A stretch of 62,310 nt of DNA, filler included, from Sphacelaria rigidula (lineage: Eukaryota), in the NCBI GenBank assembly GCA_964200075.2. It is 11 parts of 11 records of this genome, joined end to end, with 100 filler letters (N's around TTAATTAATTAA, not from the genome) between each part and the next. Parts side by side here need not be neighbours in the genome. Positions count along the whole stretch, not along the records: positions 34,046 to 39,618 come from CAXNAA020026202.1; positions 39,719 to 45,291 come from CAXNAA020026203.1; positions 45,392 to 50,964 come from CAXNAA020026204.1; 8 more parts are not named here. One strand, given 5' to 3'. Shown piece after piece: positions 37,848 to 50,964 of this stretch (the stretch's first letter is position 1; each line of letters opens with the position of its first letter). The position numbers and the translations under genes were made by a program. The notes under the pieces are model-generated. The model searched no databases. It saw only the letters and a program-made list of their open reading frames with translations, and was not told the origin of the DNA.

Positions 37848-38251
37848 CAGCACCTGTATCACCGTCGGCGGTAGTTGGAAGTACTACGAGCGCATAAATC
37901 TGCGCTGAGATATCTAAATGTCGGTTTCATGAATCGTGGTGGAGTTTGTTTATAGGCATCCCGAGTGTTATCACATCTGTTCTATGACCGTTACATTGTT
38001 TTGGTTTCGATGATCCCTTGTGACTTTCTTGCAGTACTGGTATCACAGACAGAATGCGTCTAGTTGTTTAGATCACGACAGCATTTGAGTGCGATTTGCA
38101 TTTTATCATACCGCAGTTTCAACTCGTGCATGATATGGGAGTTGTTCATCAACAAGCAGTCACCGCTGTTGCAGTAGAAATATATATATATATATATTGT
38201 CATGGCAAGCATGTGAAAATCATAATAGCGGTTGTAAACGTCCCTGGTACA

Positions 38252-38501
38252 GAGCCGTTCTACGATAGGGTGTGTGTGTATTCGATTCCACGAAAAAATG
38301 GGCTCAGAGGTGCGTCAGACGACCCAACACACTCGCGGTGCGCTTGTATTTGGGTAAAACCGGTGTCAAACAGTATGAATGAGCGTTATAAATTGGAAGC
38401 AAACGCGTTTGTCTACCGTTGTTGCTACCAACGAAAATTGAAAGTAGAATTTTGCGGAGGAAAACGACCCAAAATACCCCCCCCCCCCTCGTATGGTGAT
38501 C
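38252..38501. mobile_element. degenerate MITE related to 3564-3780
   Basis: Starts GAGCCGTTCTACGATAGGG; shares gtcagacgacc..cac; ends cccctcgtatggtgatc. Confidence 0.45.
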
Positions 38502-38699
38502 CACCCTCACCTCTAGACTCTTGGGTTGGCGTCGAGTGGCAACGGCGCTGTAAGACAAGCCACCAAAACCTAGACAAATGTACAAACTGTCACCGTACAT
38601 ATACCGGGAACCGACACTAAAAACATTTTCCGGACCGACATACACGACAAGATGGAAATTAAGCAATCCAACGGTTCCCCCCCGGGAGCACATTATATT

Positions 38700-39618
38700 T
38701 ATCCCACCATAACACAGCCCGGACATAGACATGGAATAGAGAAGCCAAGCCCCCTTCTTATTTCACCTACTATAACACAGCCCGGACATAGACATGGAAT
38801 AGAGAAGCCAAGCCCTCTTCATATTTCACCTACTATAACACAGCCCGGACACAGACATGGAATAGAGAAGCTAAGGCTCCTTTTTATTTCACCTGCTATA
38901 ACACAGCCCGGACATAGACGTGGAATAGAGAAGCTGAGGCTCCTTTTATTTCACCTGCTATAACACAGCCCGGACATAGACATGGAATAGAGAAGCTAAG
39001 CCTCTTTTTCATGTCACCTACTATAACACAGCCCGGACATGGACATGAAATAGAGAAGCTAACCCTCCTTATTTGACCTACCATAACACAGCCCGGACAT
39101 AGACATGGAATAGAGAAGCTAAGCCTTCTTCTTATTTCACCTGCTACTATTACACAGCCCGGACATGGACATGAAATAGGAAAGCTAAGCCTTCTTTTCA
39201 CTTCATCTACTATAACACAGCCGGACATAAACATGGACTAGAGAAGCTAAGCCCCCTTCATATTTTATCTACTATAACACAACCCGGTCATAGACATGAA
39301 CTAGAGAAGCTAAGGATCCTTTTATTTCACCTACCATAACACAGCCCGGACATAGACATGGAATAGAGAAGCTAAGCCCCCTTCTTATTTCACCTACCAT
39401 AACACAGCCCGGACATAGACATGGAATGGAGAAGCTAACCCTACTTTTTGCTCAACCTACTATAACACAGCCCGGACATGGACATGAAATAGAGAAGCTA
39501 AGGCTCGTTTCTATTTCACCTACTATAACACAGCCCGGACATAGACATGGAATAGAGAAGCCAAGCCTCCTTATTATTTCACCTACTATAACACAGCCCG
39601 GACATAGACATGGAATAG
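38700..39618 (+). repeat. ~63-bp minisatellite array (>=15 units, runs into gap)
   Basis: Unit ~ tatttcacctactataacacagcccggacatagacatggaatagagaagctaagccccttct. Confidence 0.95.
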
Positions 39619-39729
39619 NNNNNNNNNNNNNNNNNNNNNNNNNNNNNNNNNNNNNNNNNNNNTTAATTAATTAANNNNNNNNNNNNNNNNNNNNNNNNNN
39701 NNNNNNNNNNNNNNNNNNGTCACACAAAC

Positions 39730-39881
39730 CCAGTCGACTACTTTTTGTTTACTCACGTTCTCACGCTTTCCACGGTGGAAATCATACACGACGAAAAAAA
39801 ACCCCAACGCATTGGGAATCGAACCCCCGATCTCTCCACCCTAATGGCGACAGTCGGACCATTACACCACCGGGGCGCGGC
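39730..39881 (-). mobile_element. tRNA-derived SINE
   Basis: Minus strand: GGTGGTGTAATGG (A box) ... GGTTCGATTCCC (B box); copy of 1-128. Confidence 0.72.
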
Positions 39882-40451
39882 ATACTACAGTGAGAAATGT
39901 GCTGTCATGGTATGTCACACAATGTGTACTGTGTCGAGTTAACTAGGTCACGTGGCTTGCAGTAGATTCAGTGTGAGAGCTGGCAAGACTAACACGTCAG
40001 CAGTTGAACCAGAAAATACAATTTTGTCCTGCGTATGCGTACGGACTTCGCTTCTTGTGCCAGGACTGATGAAGCTTGGACTCGGTCACCTCGACCCCCA
40101 ACGCTGACTCTCCTTCGTTCCCTTGAGCTCTCTACTTTGAAAAGAGACGGCGGTTTGTATCCTGTGTTGGCCAAGTAAGTGCCTGTGATTAACATTTCCT
40201 TGCTTTTTTTGCTGCAGAAGTAAGTGAGCCAAGCAGCCACGGTGCACCTCTGCCACACACTACTATCCAGTGCGACAGCAGTCGGTCTGTCCCAGAAGAC
40301 AGCTCCATACAACACGAGCCTTTCCAGCAAAGGATACTGCGGCGAAGTAATTAGGCCACGAAGCTTACAGTAGTCGTAGTGAAAAGGCTGACGCAACCGA
40401 AATGTCACCAGCTATACTTTGAACCACACACTTCAATCTGCTTGGACGTAC

Positions 40452-40640
40452 TGTAATGCGTGAGAGGACCGCGTGATCAGAGGACCGCATCAGAATTTAT
40501 ACATCCCTAGGGTTAGGGTTAGGGTTAGTGTTGGGGTTAGGGTCAGCAGCGTGGTACTTGCAGGGACTGGCTCGGTTGGTGTCGAAAAACGTCGATCCTG
40601 GGGTGTTTCGGACTAAGGCGCGGTCCTCTCACGCATTACA
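40452..40640. mobile_element. MITE family B
   Basis: TGT...ACA TIRs, internal (TTAGGG)n, flanks GTAC/GCAC. Confidence 0.85.
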
Positions 40641-41143
40641 GCACTCGCACCATGTGAGACAGAATTCTGCTTCGTTTTACGAGAGATTGAAGCATTGGTT
40701 CGACAATCTCAGTTCCCTGTTGCTGACCCCCTCCTTCCACTCGTTGCTTTGACAAGACTGTACTGTGTTTAACTCTGCTTTCGCCAAAAAGCACCCGCGA
40801 ACTCTATTTTTTAATTGGGTAATGCTATGTCCAAGTCGCGACTTGGAAATAATTATGTCCGCCACCGGCTGCGATCTGACCACCCGCCCGCGTTCGTCCC
40901 ATGTGCCTTGCATCGACACCACAACACCTGCAATACACTCACACAGCCCGTAGCCACTGTTCAAGCCATCGCACGGTTAAAACGGCCTCGTAGCGAGCGA
41001 GAAACGCGCCTGCTGCATAGTGCCAAAAACATACCGCCGCCAGGCTGGTGGTGGACATGAGGTATGTCCAAGTCGCGATTTGGACATAGCTTATGTTCAC
41101 CACCAGCGATTGGAATACCTGTCTGCACTCGTCCCATGTACCT

Positions 41144-42300
41144 TGTGAGAGTGTAAAGCGTCCTGCAGCTGCAGCGGTGCTGTGCTGCGTGTACTTTGTA
41201 GACTGAGTAGCCTACCGCGGAGGATTACACTCGGGCCACGGTGTGATCCATCAGAGAATTTGACTGAAGAAATGAAGATGTTTATTATTGACTGACTCCC
41301 GAAGTCAAGTTTCCGCTCATGGTGATGAAGAAGAGAAGTAGTAGAGGAGTGATCAGGTGGGCGAGCACCAAGTGTGCGAGCCTACCGATCAGCTAATGAA
41401 CTTCCAGAACTTCCACACGTCTAGAACACTCGCGGGATGTTACAACCGATAACTCCCGATTAATCCCCCGACAACTTAGACTATTTCTGGAACACTCAAA
41501 TGATTTCGTACTTGTTTATGATAACCTACGATAGGTGGTAGTCGTTACCAATGACTGACATTGAATATTCCAACACTCCCCCACATACACAGAAACCAGA
41601 ATCATCTAGATCTACGAAGAACGTTCTGGAAGTGTTTCCAGAAGAATTCAGCATACTTACAGCAAGTTCTGCGGAGATAGAGCAACCCGTGTACTAGTCA
41701 GATCCTTCTCTTGGTTGCACCTGTTCTGCTACTGCTGTTATTGCCCAGACTGAGACTAGTTGCTGCAATGGTCAACAAAGGTAAATCTGTGTCTGATTGC
41801 TTGCATTCATATACATACCATTTCCCTGACACGACCCCTCGATCAGGCAGCTAGTTCAAGATTATAGAGGGAGCATTGCAAAGCTTGCCAACTGCCTCGA
41901 CCCCTTGGCTAGTATCGCATCAAACGTATTCTACCACACACGACCGATTCCTGATCATGGAAAAAGTACACCAGGTAGAACGATTCGTCCAGTCATCATC
42001 CTCCTCGACCCCTTAGTTGGCTACGTATCAAAACTAAAGAGACAAAAACACTTATCCGGTGCAGACCTTTGCGCCTATCCAAGTCTACATGACTGTTTCA
42101 CGTCCTTTATTCAACAACTGAAGTCCTTGATCTGTTTCACAATTGAAGCGATACGGAGCTTCGGTAGATGCTTTGTTGCCAAGTCAGCGAACTGTTTCTC
42201 GCTGGGCTGGTGATGGAGCCTGATCTGGTTCCGCTTGATGAGCTCCCTCACGAAGAAGTACCGGAGTGCTATGTCCTTGGTACGAGAGCTGAACATAGCA
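41144..42300 (-). mobile_element. Copia 3' end: RNase H C-terminus, PPT and LTR (~41575-41144)
   Basis: SSRTKDIALRYFFVRELIKRNQIRLHHQPSEKQFADLATKHL; minus-strand GGGGGAG|TGTTGGAA LTR start. Confidence 0.75.
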
Positions 42301-43847
42301 TCATGTAGCTTTGCTAATCCGTAGCACTCCCCTCAATGGAAGTTTCGTGATACTGCTCCAACAATAAAGACTTCACATTTATCCAAACACATACTGTAAC
42401 CTAGACCATACGTTGTATCGATGTACCAAACACCGGAGTATATAACCCAACGCAAAATTATTGCTGAAACTACGTAGTAGCGAATACTGGACTATTGATG
42501 ACTATTAGTCCCTAATCGCGAAGTCAAAACAGGACAATCCCTGAATTTTGTAGGTTCAACAATCCAGCAAGCATCATTTTCAAAAACCCTTGTAGCGTAC
42601 GTCATAGGATCCCAACAAACTGTATATAGATCAGCAGAACCTGCATATCAGTTTGCCGCCAATGCCACGATCAAACACGAGAATACCTCGTCGCTTTAAC
42701 AATGACATCGGAAAAATCGACCATCCTAGTTTGCTACCTAAACTGCAGCTGACTGGTCTGTTACTACAGAATATGAAGCGGAAATGTAGCGTTTGATCCG
42801 GGAAATGAATTTGCCTACCGGGGGAACAAAATCCTGCAAACAATACTACCTCTGGAATACTGCAGCTTCGCTTGGAGTACCCAAAATCACCAATTTCGCG
42901 GTTGTGGTTGTCCCCAGGAACGTTTCCTCCCCAATCCGGCATTAAGCAGGACCAAGAGAAAATCTCGATGCCCTACCGTACTATTGTCAACATCCCGAGT
43001 TTGAAAGCCACGGTCCCTACTCACTCGTACTCTCAGCGTCTAGCCGTGGGAAAACGCATCCCAGCGCTCATCCCCCCTCGTTTTATCACGGGTATAGAGG
43101 GCGCACAGTAAGCAAAGTCACCACAAGTAAAAATATAGGCACCGAAAATGGCGTCCTGTGTCAGACGTACTTCTCCGCAAAGTATGATATTTTCGACATC
43201 ACGCTCAAACTCATGATGTCTCATTCTCACGACTCAGCCTAATGAGAGAACGTAATACCCAACAGTTTTCTTGTATGGATTACTGCATACCTATCAGCCA
43301 CAACAGGAAGGTCGGGAAACGGCAAATGCTCTCGAGCAGCACTGCGGTTCACACGTACTGTCCAAAATAGGAAGCACAAACACCTATGACCGTCACTCAC
43401 TCTACAGTACAGACAATGGTACCCTACAGGACCTGCTGCATACCGAAGTAGTAACTGCATTGCACTCGCAAGAATGTTTCCGATAAATTTCTCATGGTAT
43501 TTGACGGTTCTGATGGCAAGTGCATGCTGTACGCATCCCCCCAAAACGCACAGCACGTATCTAGGGGAAGCGCGAATCGTACTCAATACACATACAGTAC
43601 AGCATGCTGTGCCCCCTCCCTGCTTCGACAAGCTTCGGGAATGAACAAAACACCGCGCATTCCCACCGTTTTCTCTGGGCTTCTCAAACAATTCGAAATT
43701 CACGCCCGAGCATCTTATCTCTAGATCGGCAGCTGTAGTACTGGAGGTACCTACAGCAGAAAACACCTTACCAAGTACGCGTCTGCACTAGATGTCAGCA
43801 GCACGAAATCCATCAGCTCCCTGCTGTTTCGAGGCTTCTTCAAAACC

Positions 43848-44150
43848 TCAGTTATGGCGGGTCTTCAAGCCGCTTGTACGACGTCCAATCACTCCTTTTT
43901 TGTACATGATGCTGAAGTCCCTAGACCCGGAGAGGTAGCAAAGAAGATACTTTGCTGCTCCCATGTGGATCTTCGAAAGGTTCGACATCGCCCATGTCGT
44001 AGTGGGTGATTTGAGCCATGTACATGACGGAACCAATGATGGCCTGGTATCGCTGCTTATCCTCACTTTCGTGGTCCACTCACGAAAACCCTTATCCCCG
44101 AACTTGGGGATAGTCTTGAGTGTGTTGTTCATGTTGGTCGACTCGTCCAT
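43848..44150 (-). mobile_element. Copia fragment (gag-like piece fused to RT/RNase H piece)
   Basis: IPKFGDKGFREWTTKVR and AMSNLSKIHMGAAKYLLCYLSGSRDFSIMYKKG. Confidence 0.6.
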
Positions 44151-45929
44151 GATGCTTGAGTGCTACGCATCAGGCGCGCAGGCTAATCCTAAGCACGTTT
44201 CAACTGCTCAAACTGAAAGATTTGTCATGGTACGATACTTATCACCTGGGTAGGAAGATGCCGGTTCAGTGGGCACCGGGGCTAGCAAGCCCAAACACAA
44301 TCATTAGTATCGAAGCCATTGAGTTCGATATTACCGAGTAAAGTCAGCCACCGCACCAGTGGTCAGGTGTCATGCCATTAGCCGCGCAGGCTGCAGCACA
44401 ACATGTGTTGCATGAAGGTCAGGCTTACATTTGTGAAGACCAGAGAATCCTCTGAGATAGCAGTCCATGATGGCGTAGATGCTCTTGTATTATTGGCGTA
44501 CAGGCTAACTTGTGCTTTGCTAGTTGAGATCCATAGTCCAGAAACGCTGTGACCTCAGGGGGCCGCCAAGTCAATCCAAGAACACAATGTAGTATGACCC
44601 ATCAGGTACCAAGCATGACAAAGTATGACGCATGGAACGTAGTCGACTGTAACATGACCAATAAATCTGTAACAGATTGACCCGCAAATGTAGTGCTGTC
44701 CAGATTTCGTTGCTACAGCAGTAGTAGTAGTTTACTCCTGCAGGCTTCCGTTTTGGCCCAGCAGCCTCTCGTTGTCTGGCAGTCTGCCCCCCAGGCACTA
44801 CGAATCAGTGCTGGACAGATTTGCTACAGGTCGCTGCGTGCAGGCTCTCCCGGCTGCAGGTAGCTAGTCTGCAACCCCGTCTTGCAGGTACAATGATAAG
44901 CACCGCTCCGGCTTGCTACACGTCGCTGCGTGCAGGCTTGATTTCGGCCACAGCAAAACAATTCATTATGCTGTCCGGCCACATCTGTCCTCCAGGCACT
45001 ACTCAGAAGTGCTGGACAGGCGTGCCGCAAGATGATGCAACTCCTGCCGCAGGGGTGTGATTGCTCGCGGTAAAGTATGTACCCGAGGCTTCCCGACCTC
45101 GCTCCTGCTAGTGATATAGAGAACTCCGGTTGTTGGTCGTCTTCCCGATCCCACTCCTGGTAACGATGTAGAGGACTCCGGTTGTTGATCGTCTTTTCCA
45201 CTGCTGTGTAGATACACCAGTAAACAGCCGATTTTCGAAAATGGGGTTGAAAAAATAAATGAGGTTCAACTCAAAAGCCGTGCTTTTCCTGNNNNNNNNN
45301 NNNNNNNNNNNNNNNNNNNNNNNNNNNNNNNNNNNTTAATTAATTAANNNNNNNNNNNNNNNNNNNNNNNNNNNNNNNNNNNNNNNNNNNNGGGTTTGTT
45401 TTTTTTTCGTGGGTTTTTTTTTCGCCCCCCTGGTCTTTCCCCCTCGTTTTTTCGGTGCGGCCGCCCCCCCCCCCCCCCCCCCCCCCCCCTCCCGGAGGGC
45501 ATTTTTTCGAAAGTTGTCATGATTTTTTCGATTTGTTTTTGTCGACTTTCTCGCAAGGAACTGATCAATAAACACTGTTTTGATTATATCTGTTAATTTT
45601 GTTACAAGAAATTGATCAATAAACGCTAATAAAAACGGAAAAGTCTGGTGGGCTTTGTGGGGTTCGTGTATCTGCTTCTGCTCCTTGCCCGTTCTGTTCC
45701 GATGAACTCAGATGCCGGAGGGCAATTTTCCGACAATTAAAATTATCGTGTTTTTTTCGATATTTTCTGTTAACTTTGTTGCAAGAAATTAATCAATGAA
45801 CATTGACAAAATCCGAGGAGTTTGGTGGGCTTTGCGGGGTACATGTTTGCTTCTGTTCCTTTACATATTTACTTATAATATATAACATATGATACAAGGA
45901 TCATGTGTTATATATTATATAGCATCTAT

Positions 45930-46177
45930 GACACTTTCTACGATACCCCGCCCCCAAAACCAGCCCAAAAGTGTCCCGAAAAAAATGGCCATACAGCGCC
46001 CAATGTTGGGGTTCAGGCTGCATGAAGCGCCTCATATTGGCAACATTGGCTTGAACGAACCCAAACGTGGGAATTCCCAGCTGCTCGTTGTGCTCGGCTT
46101 TTCCCAATTCGATTTACGTGAAGATTTTACCTCCCAAAACCATGCACTTTCGGGGGGGGGCTATCGTAGAAACTGTT
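45930..46177. mobile_element. MITE family A, copy 4, CTAT TSD
   Basis: CTAT|GACACTTTCTACGAT ... ATCGTAGAAACTGTT|CTAT. Confidence 0.88.
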
Positions 46178-46179
46178 CT

Positions 46180-46490
46180 ATATATATATTAATATATAAT
46201 TGTATGATATAGTATATGCTGCCCCTTGATGACTATTCATATATATAATCATATAATATAAAAATATATTGTATATAATATACACAGTATAGTATATATT
46301 ACGGAAAAGAAGCATATGTGTAATATAGACCTATAATATTGACCTATATTATATGGCACATAATATATGAAATAAAGTATATGAAACATAATATATGATA
46401 TGTAATGTATGAAATATAGTATATGAGATGTAATATATGATATATATAATATATAACATATATTATATATCATATATTATGTATAAGGAT
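46180..46490. repeat. AT-rich degenerate (TA)n low-complexity tract
   Basis: Visible atataatat.. composition. Confidence 0.8.
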
Positions 46491-46640
46491 CTCTACTATC
46501 TACGGCAGCTGACCGCATCCGCCAACGCCTCGACGAAAATCCAGGGGACACACGGCTGGGTGTCCCCCCCTCCCCCCCTCAAAAACTCGAATTTTCGATT
46601 TTGGGGCCTACGTGTCTCGAAATATATTTTTAACAGACCC

Positions 46641-46873
46641 TTGACTCCACCTTTCTTCTGCGGTGCTTGCCTTCACTTTTTTATCCCGAGAGGGGTTCAG
46701 CAGTCCCTTCCCTCGTCGACAGTTGAGTCGAATTCTGTGTACCCACGACAGAGTCGCTCTCAACTAATGTTGGGCATGGTTTGAGAAAAACTCCCAGATC
46801 GCTGCGAGATTTGAAACCACGACCCAACCGTCAGAAGGTTTCGAGGTTGCCAACTGAGCCGCGGGGCGACCGG
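46641..46873 (-). mobile_element. second tRNA-derived SINE family
   Basis: Minus strand ccggtcgccccgcggctcagttgg (A box) ... gtggtttcaaatctc (B-box-like), followed by a non-tRNA body. Confidence 0.6.
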
Positions 46874-47369
46874 TTCAGTACGGTACCTCTAGAAAGAATA
46901 AGCTAAAACAGGATAACGGTGTTACCCGTTTGACCGCGGGGGCAGGTCGCAGGCACGAGTAAATACGATTCCACCGTACGTTCGAGTCGAAAACACGCTG
47001 ATAAGACACGACCTCAGGACCAGGGAATAAACCAGGAAACCGGGAGCCGAGCTTGGGATACCACTAATAAGCATAAGTTGAAACAGGATAACGGTGTTAA
47101 GCCTTTGACCCCGGTGGCAGGTCACCTGTTGAATCGGCATGAATATTTACTTGAAAAGAGTATGCGTGATCTAGGTGGAGTACCAGCCCCTTGGTCCGAG
47201 GGTTAAAACCGTACAGTCATGTGAACCCAACAGTCGTTATCGTTCACTTTTCTACATTGAGATGCAAAAACCTCTGTTAACCATTTATTTTCGACTTGCG
47301 TCACCGCCGGGAGGCCCGTACCAACCTCCCGAAGGGGAACCTTGTATTACATATTGTATTGTCCAGGGT

Positions 47370-48600
47370 GTGCAACCTTCTCAAAACTGTCGAAAGTAAC
47401 GGAGTGGATTTCAGTGGATCTGTCCCGGACTGTGATATTTGTGCTGTTGGGAAAAGCCATCAACTAGCCCATCCGAAGACAGCCGACAACAAAGTGCAAC
47501 GCACCTATCAAGTGGTCATGATCATGGGTGGGACCGGCGGCGTTCGGGTCGAACGACGCAGGGCGGATAAAGGGGGTGAGTTTATTGGCAAAAAATTCAG
47601 AACGTACCTCCGGCAGATAGGCATATTGCTAGACTTTGCGAGCACCCATATACCACAACGAATCGCCCTGTCAGAACGCGTAAGGGGGGCGCTTGCAGCC
47701 ATGGTCCGGTGCATGCTTGCCGACAGCGGTTTACCGATATTTCCCTGGGGAGAATCAATGCTTACGAAATCCTACCTTGCAAACAGAGCATCGCACTTCG
47801 CGCCAAGAATGCAATATCCGCACAAGATGCTGCAGGGGAGATAACCACATCGAAGATATCTTCGAGCCATTGGGGCCAAGGCGTTCGTCCACACCAATGG
47901 CAGCACTCAGAAACTATCTCCCGAGGCAGTCGGAGGACGATTGGTTAGGTATGACAATAACAGCAAGTGCTATCGCGTCTACATTATACACCCTTCACTG
48001 CCTAACGACGAGGAGCCTGACGACGGTGAGGGTCACAACCACGCCCCCAACGACGCCTTCACACGCGACCTTCGCAACAACAGTTCTGTATAAACTCATC
48101 CGGCTCATGACTTTGCCGACCATGTCACTGCCAGCGGGGGTTCTACGAATTCACGAGTAGGCGAGCTTCCGGGGAGAATCAGCGCCATCACCAGGCGAAA
48201 CATGCACGATGGTGCCCCGACCCGTGGAATGACGCTGTAATGCGTGAGAGGATCGCGTGCTCAGAGGACCGCATCGGAATTTGGACATCCCCATGGTTAG
48301 GGTTAGTGTTAGGTATATGGTCGGGGGCGTAGTACCTGCAGGGACTGGCCCGATTGGTTTTGAAAAACATCAATCCTGACGTGTTTTGAACTACGGCGCG
48401 GTCCTCTAAGCAGGCGGTCCTCTCACGCATTACAACGCTTCCGCATGATGGTCTTCCGCAGGGTGGTACACTGCCGGAGCAACTCGTGACACACTCACGG
48501 GACGGATTTGGCGAACACATGGTGACACGGCTCGCCGAATCATCGCTACTCCATTATCATCGACATTCGCTTCATGGTGACATGTGCACGCATGGCAGCC
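47370..48600 (+). mobile_element. degenerate Copia integrase region
   Basis: NGVDFSGSVPDCDICAVGKSHQLAHPK, RADKGGEF, MVRCMLADSGLP, IGAKAFVH. Confidence 0.85.
48236..48434. mobile_element. MITE family B inserted in Copia, ACGC TSD
   Basis: ACGC|TGTAATGCGTGAGAGG ... CTCTCACGCATTACA|ACGC. Confidence 0.9.
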
Positions 48601-48610
48601 CGCAACTACA

Positions 48611-48615
48611 GGCAA

Positions 48616-48695
<80 letters not shown>

Positions 48696-48714
48696 ATCAA
48701 TACCACTACTACTG

Positions 48715-48796
<82 letters not shown>
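48611..48796. repeat. compound microsatellite (GCA/ACA)n-(ATCA)n-(CTA)n
   Basis: Directly visible. Confidence 0.95.
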
Positions 48797-48846
48797 GATT
48801 GAGGGCAGTGTGAGGGAGTAAGACCTGTACTTACGTTGAGGGGGAG

Positions 48847-50964
48847 TGTTAGAAAATGAGGCTGTGGGGCTTACTCTCGTCAACCCTTCGTATGTTCATG
48901 TGAACGGGTACACTGAGTGAACATGCACCCGTGCGGATAGATTAATGCGGACGCAGGGATACTGGTAGTCGAGTATGTGTGACTCCAGTACCACGCCCAG
49001 CGCGGCTACTTCGCTGCCGCCTGAGCTTACTCTACCTCTGATCCCTCTGCCATAGGGTCGTCTACTTCAAGACACTCTCCATTAATACAAAAGATAAACT
49101 ATCCATCCTTCGCCACGGGCCACGGAATACACTAGTGTTACAACCGGTTGGGCAGAATGGCGGAACAGGGTGGTAGACCTGCTACAGATATCGGTGAGCA
49201 GGGTGTTACTGAGCAGTTGCAGGAAGTAAGTAGTCAAATCAGATCCTTGACTCAGCTCATGCGTGATATGCAGTTAAGCCAAGCTGCATTACAGAGTAAC
49301 ATGGACGATATGAGGGCTGAAAGAGAGGTCGGGGGCGCAGAAAACAATGTCGTCCTCGATAGTGAAGGTTCCCATACCCAGCAGGGGGAATTCAACATAG
49401 ATAGAACAGTGGAGCGACGTGGTGCTGAAGTTCGAAGAGACCAACGGTACATCGGGAGTCAAGCTGTTCCAGAGGACGGAGTGCGCGGCGCAATTGACAA
49501 CGAGGCCACCAGTGACAAAGCTAGGGACTTCGTCCCCGCACGTGAGTCAATCCAAATAAACGATACAAGTGGAAATGTGTCAAGGGTTCCCGTTTTTCGA
49601 CAGAACGTCCCAAAATTTTCAGGGAAGAGCGCTGACTACGCTCGGTACAGGCATGAGCTGGTCAACTTCGCGAGGGGCGAAGGAATTGGCTGGGTGTTCA
49701 CCATGGCCGGCGATAGCTCGCACGACGTAGATGTCGGTAATCCTGAACTAGACATGGGGTATCTGGAAAGTGGACACGGAAAAGACACAGGGGCAGCCAA
49801 TATGAGGGCGAGACGTATGCTTGTTGCTAGTTTAGAAGGAAGGAGAGAGTAAGACATTTTGCTCAGAATCCACTCACCTGCTGCGGTGTGGAGAAAGCTC
49901 GAGGATATATTTCGCCCCAAAACAAATGGGGCGAAAACCACTTTGTTGGAAAAGTTCGATGGAGTCAAGATTGGTGTCCGTGATGATCCAGAGCAGAAGC
50001 CGCTTGAGATGGAGGAAATTGCATGTAACCTGAACTCATAGGAGGAGCATGAACGACTAAGCGAAAACCGTATTCTCTTGAAATTCCTCAACGCGTTGCC
50101 CTTCGAGTATCACATCTAGGAGCAACTACTGGGGGATCGAGAGGGACCGCTGACACGGGAGGTTGTGTTGACTTCGATCCGAAAGCGCTTCGGATCAACA
50201 TCTTTGAAGCAGGAACTTGCCCGGGGAAAGGAGTCATCCCCGGGCGACCAGGCTCTCCTTGCCGGGGGTGGGACCAGAAAACCGAGCGGTGCATACCGCA
50301 AGGGGAAACCGGGAAAATCCCAGGGCTCTGGTCAGAAAAACGGCGGGAGCCAGAGTTCAAATAGCTCTGGGTCGGCATCATCGGACGGCAAACCGGCGAC
50401 TGGGAAGCTGCTCCGCTGCCACGTTTGCGACGAGGAAACGACGCATTGAGCCAGGAACTGCCGGAAGAGATACTGCGGGAGGTGCGGTCAGCAGGGGCAC
50501 AGGTTCTGGGACTGTCCGAGATCGACAGCGAAGAAAGAAGACGTGGTGATAGCGATGGGCGCGACCGACGACAGCGACAGCTCCTTCGTCTGTTCGGTGG
50601 CGGATGGGGAGGCTTTCACCTCTCTCGACACCACCATCAACGACGACACAGGCGAGTATGCTTTGAGTGTTGAGCGGGGGGGTGATAGTCAGCAGGGTGA
50701 GGGCCAACCGTGGGTATTTGACACGGGGGTTACCCCGCATTTCTCCCACGATTCCCATGGGATGACGGAGTACAGAGAGTGCAAGGGTAGGGTACTACGA
50801 TGCGCGGGAGGTAGTACTTACCCGATTGTAGACAGAGGAAATTTGTCTCTCGCCTTCAGATCTGACGGACAGGATGTGATCGTAAAACTAGTGGATGTTG
50901 ACCATGTATCTGGTGTCCGTCATTATCTAACAACAAATTGTGCGAATTGAGGTTTAACTCCGAG
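48847..50964 (+). mobile_element. Copia 5' part: probable LTR, gag with two Zn knuckles, protease; degenerate
   Basis: VPKFSGKSADYARYR; PAAVWRKLEDIF; CHVCDEETTH*ARNC and CGRCGQQGHRFWDC; WVFDTGVTPHF protease motif; several in-frame stops. Confidence 0.85.

Noticed and set aside
38700..39618. CRISPR-like look of the 63-bp array
   Set aside because: The variable parts are mutated versions of one consensus rather than unique spacers; no cas genes; eukaryotic context.
39800..39881. Possible tRNA gene
   Set aside because: A/B boxes are present, but there is no convincing cloverleaf and it has a conserved non-tRNA tail in multiple copies; treated as SINE.
48430..48883. Poly-L/T/Y/V ORFs
   Set aside because: Translations of microsatellites.
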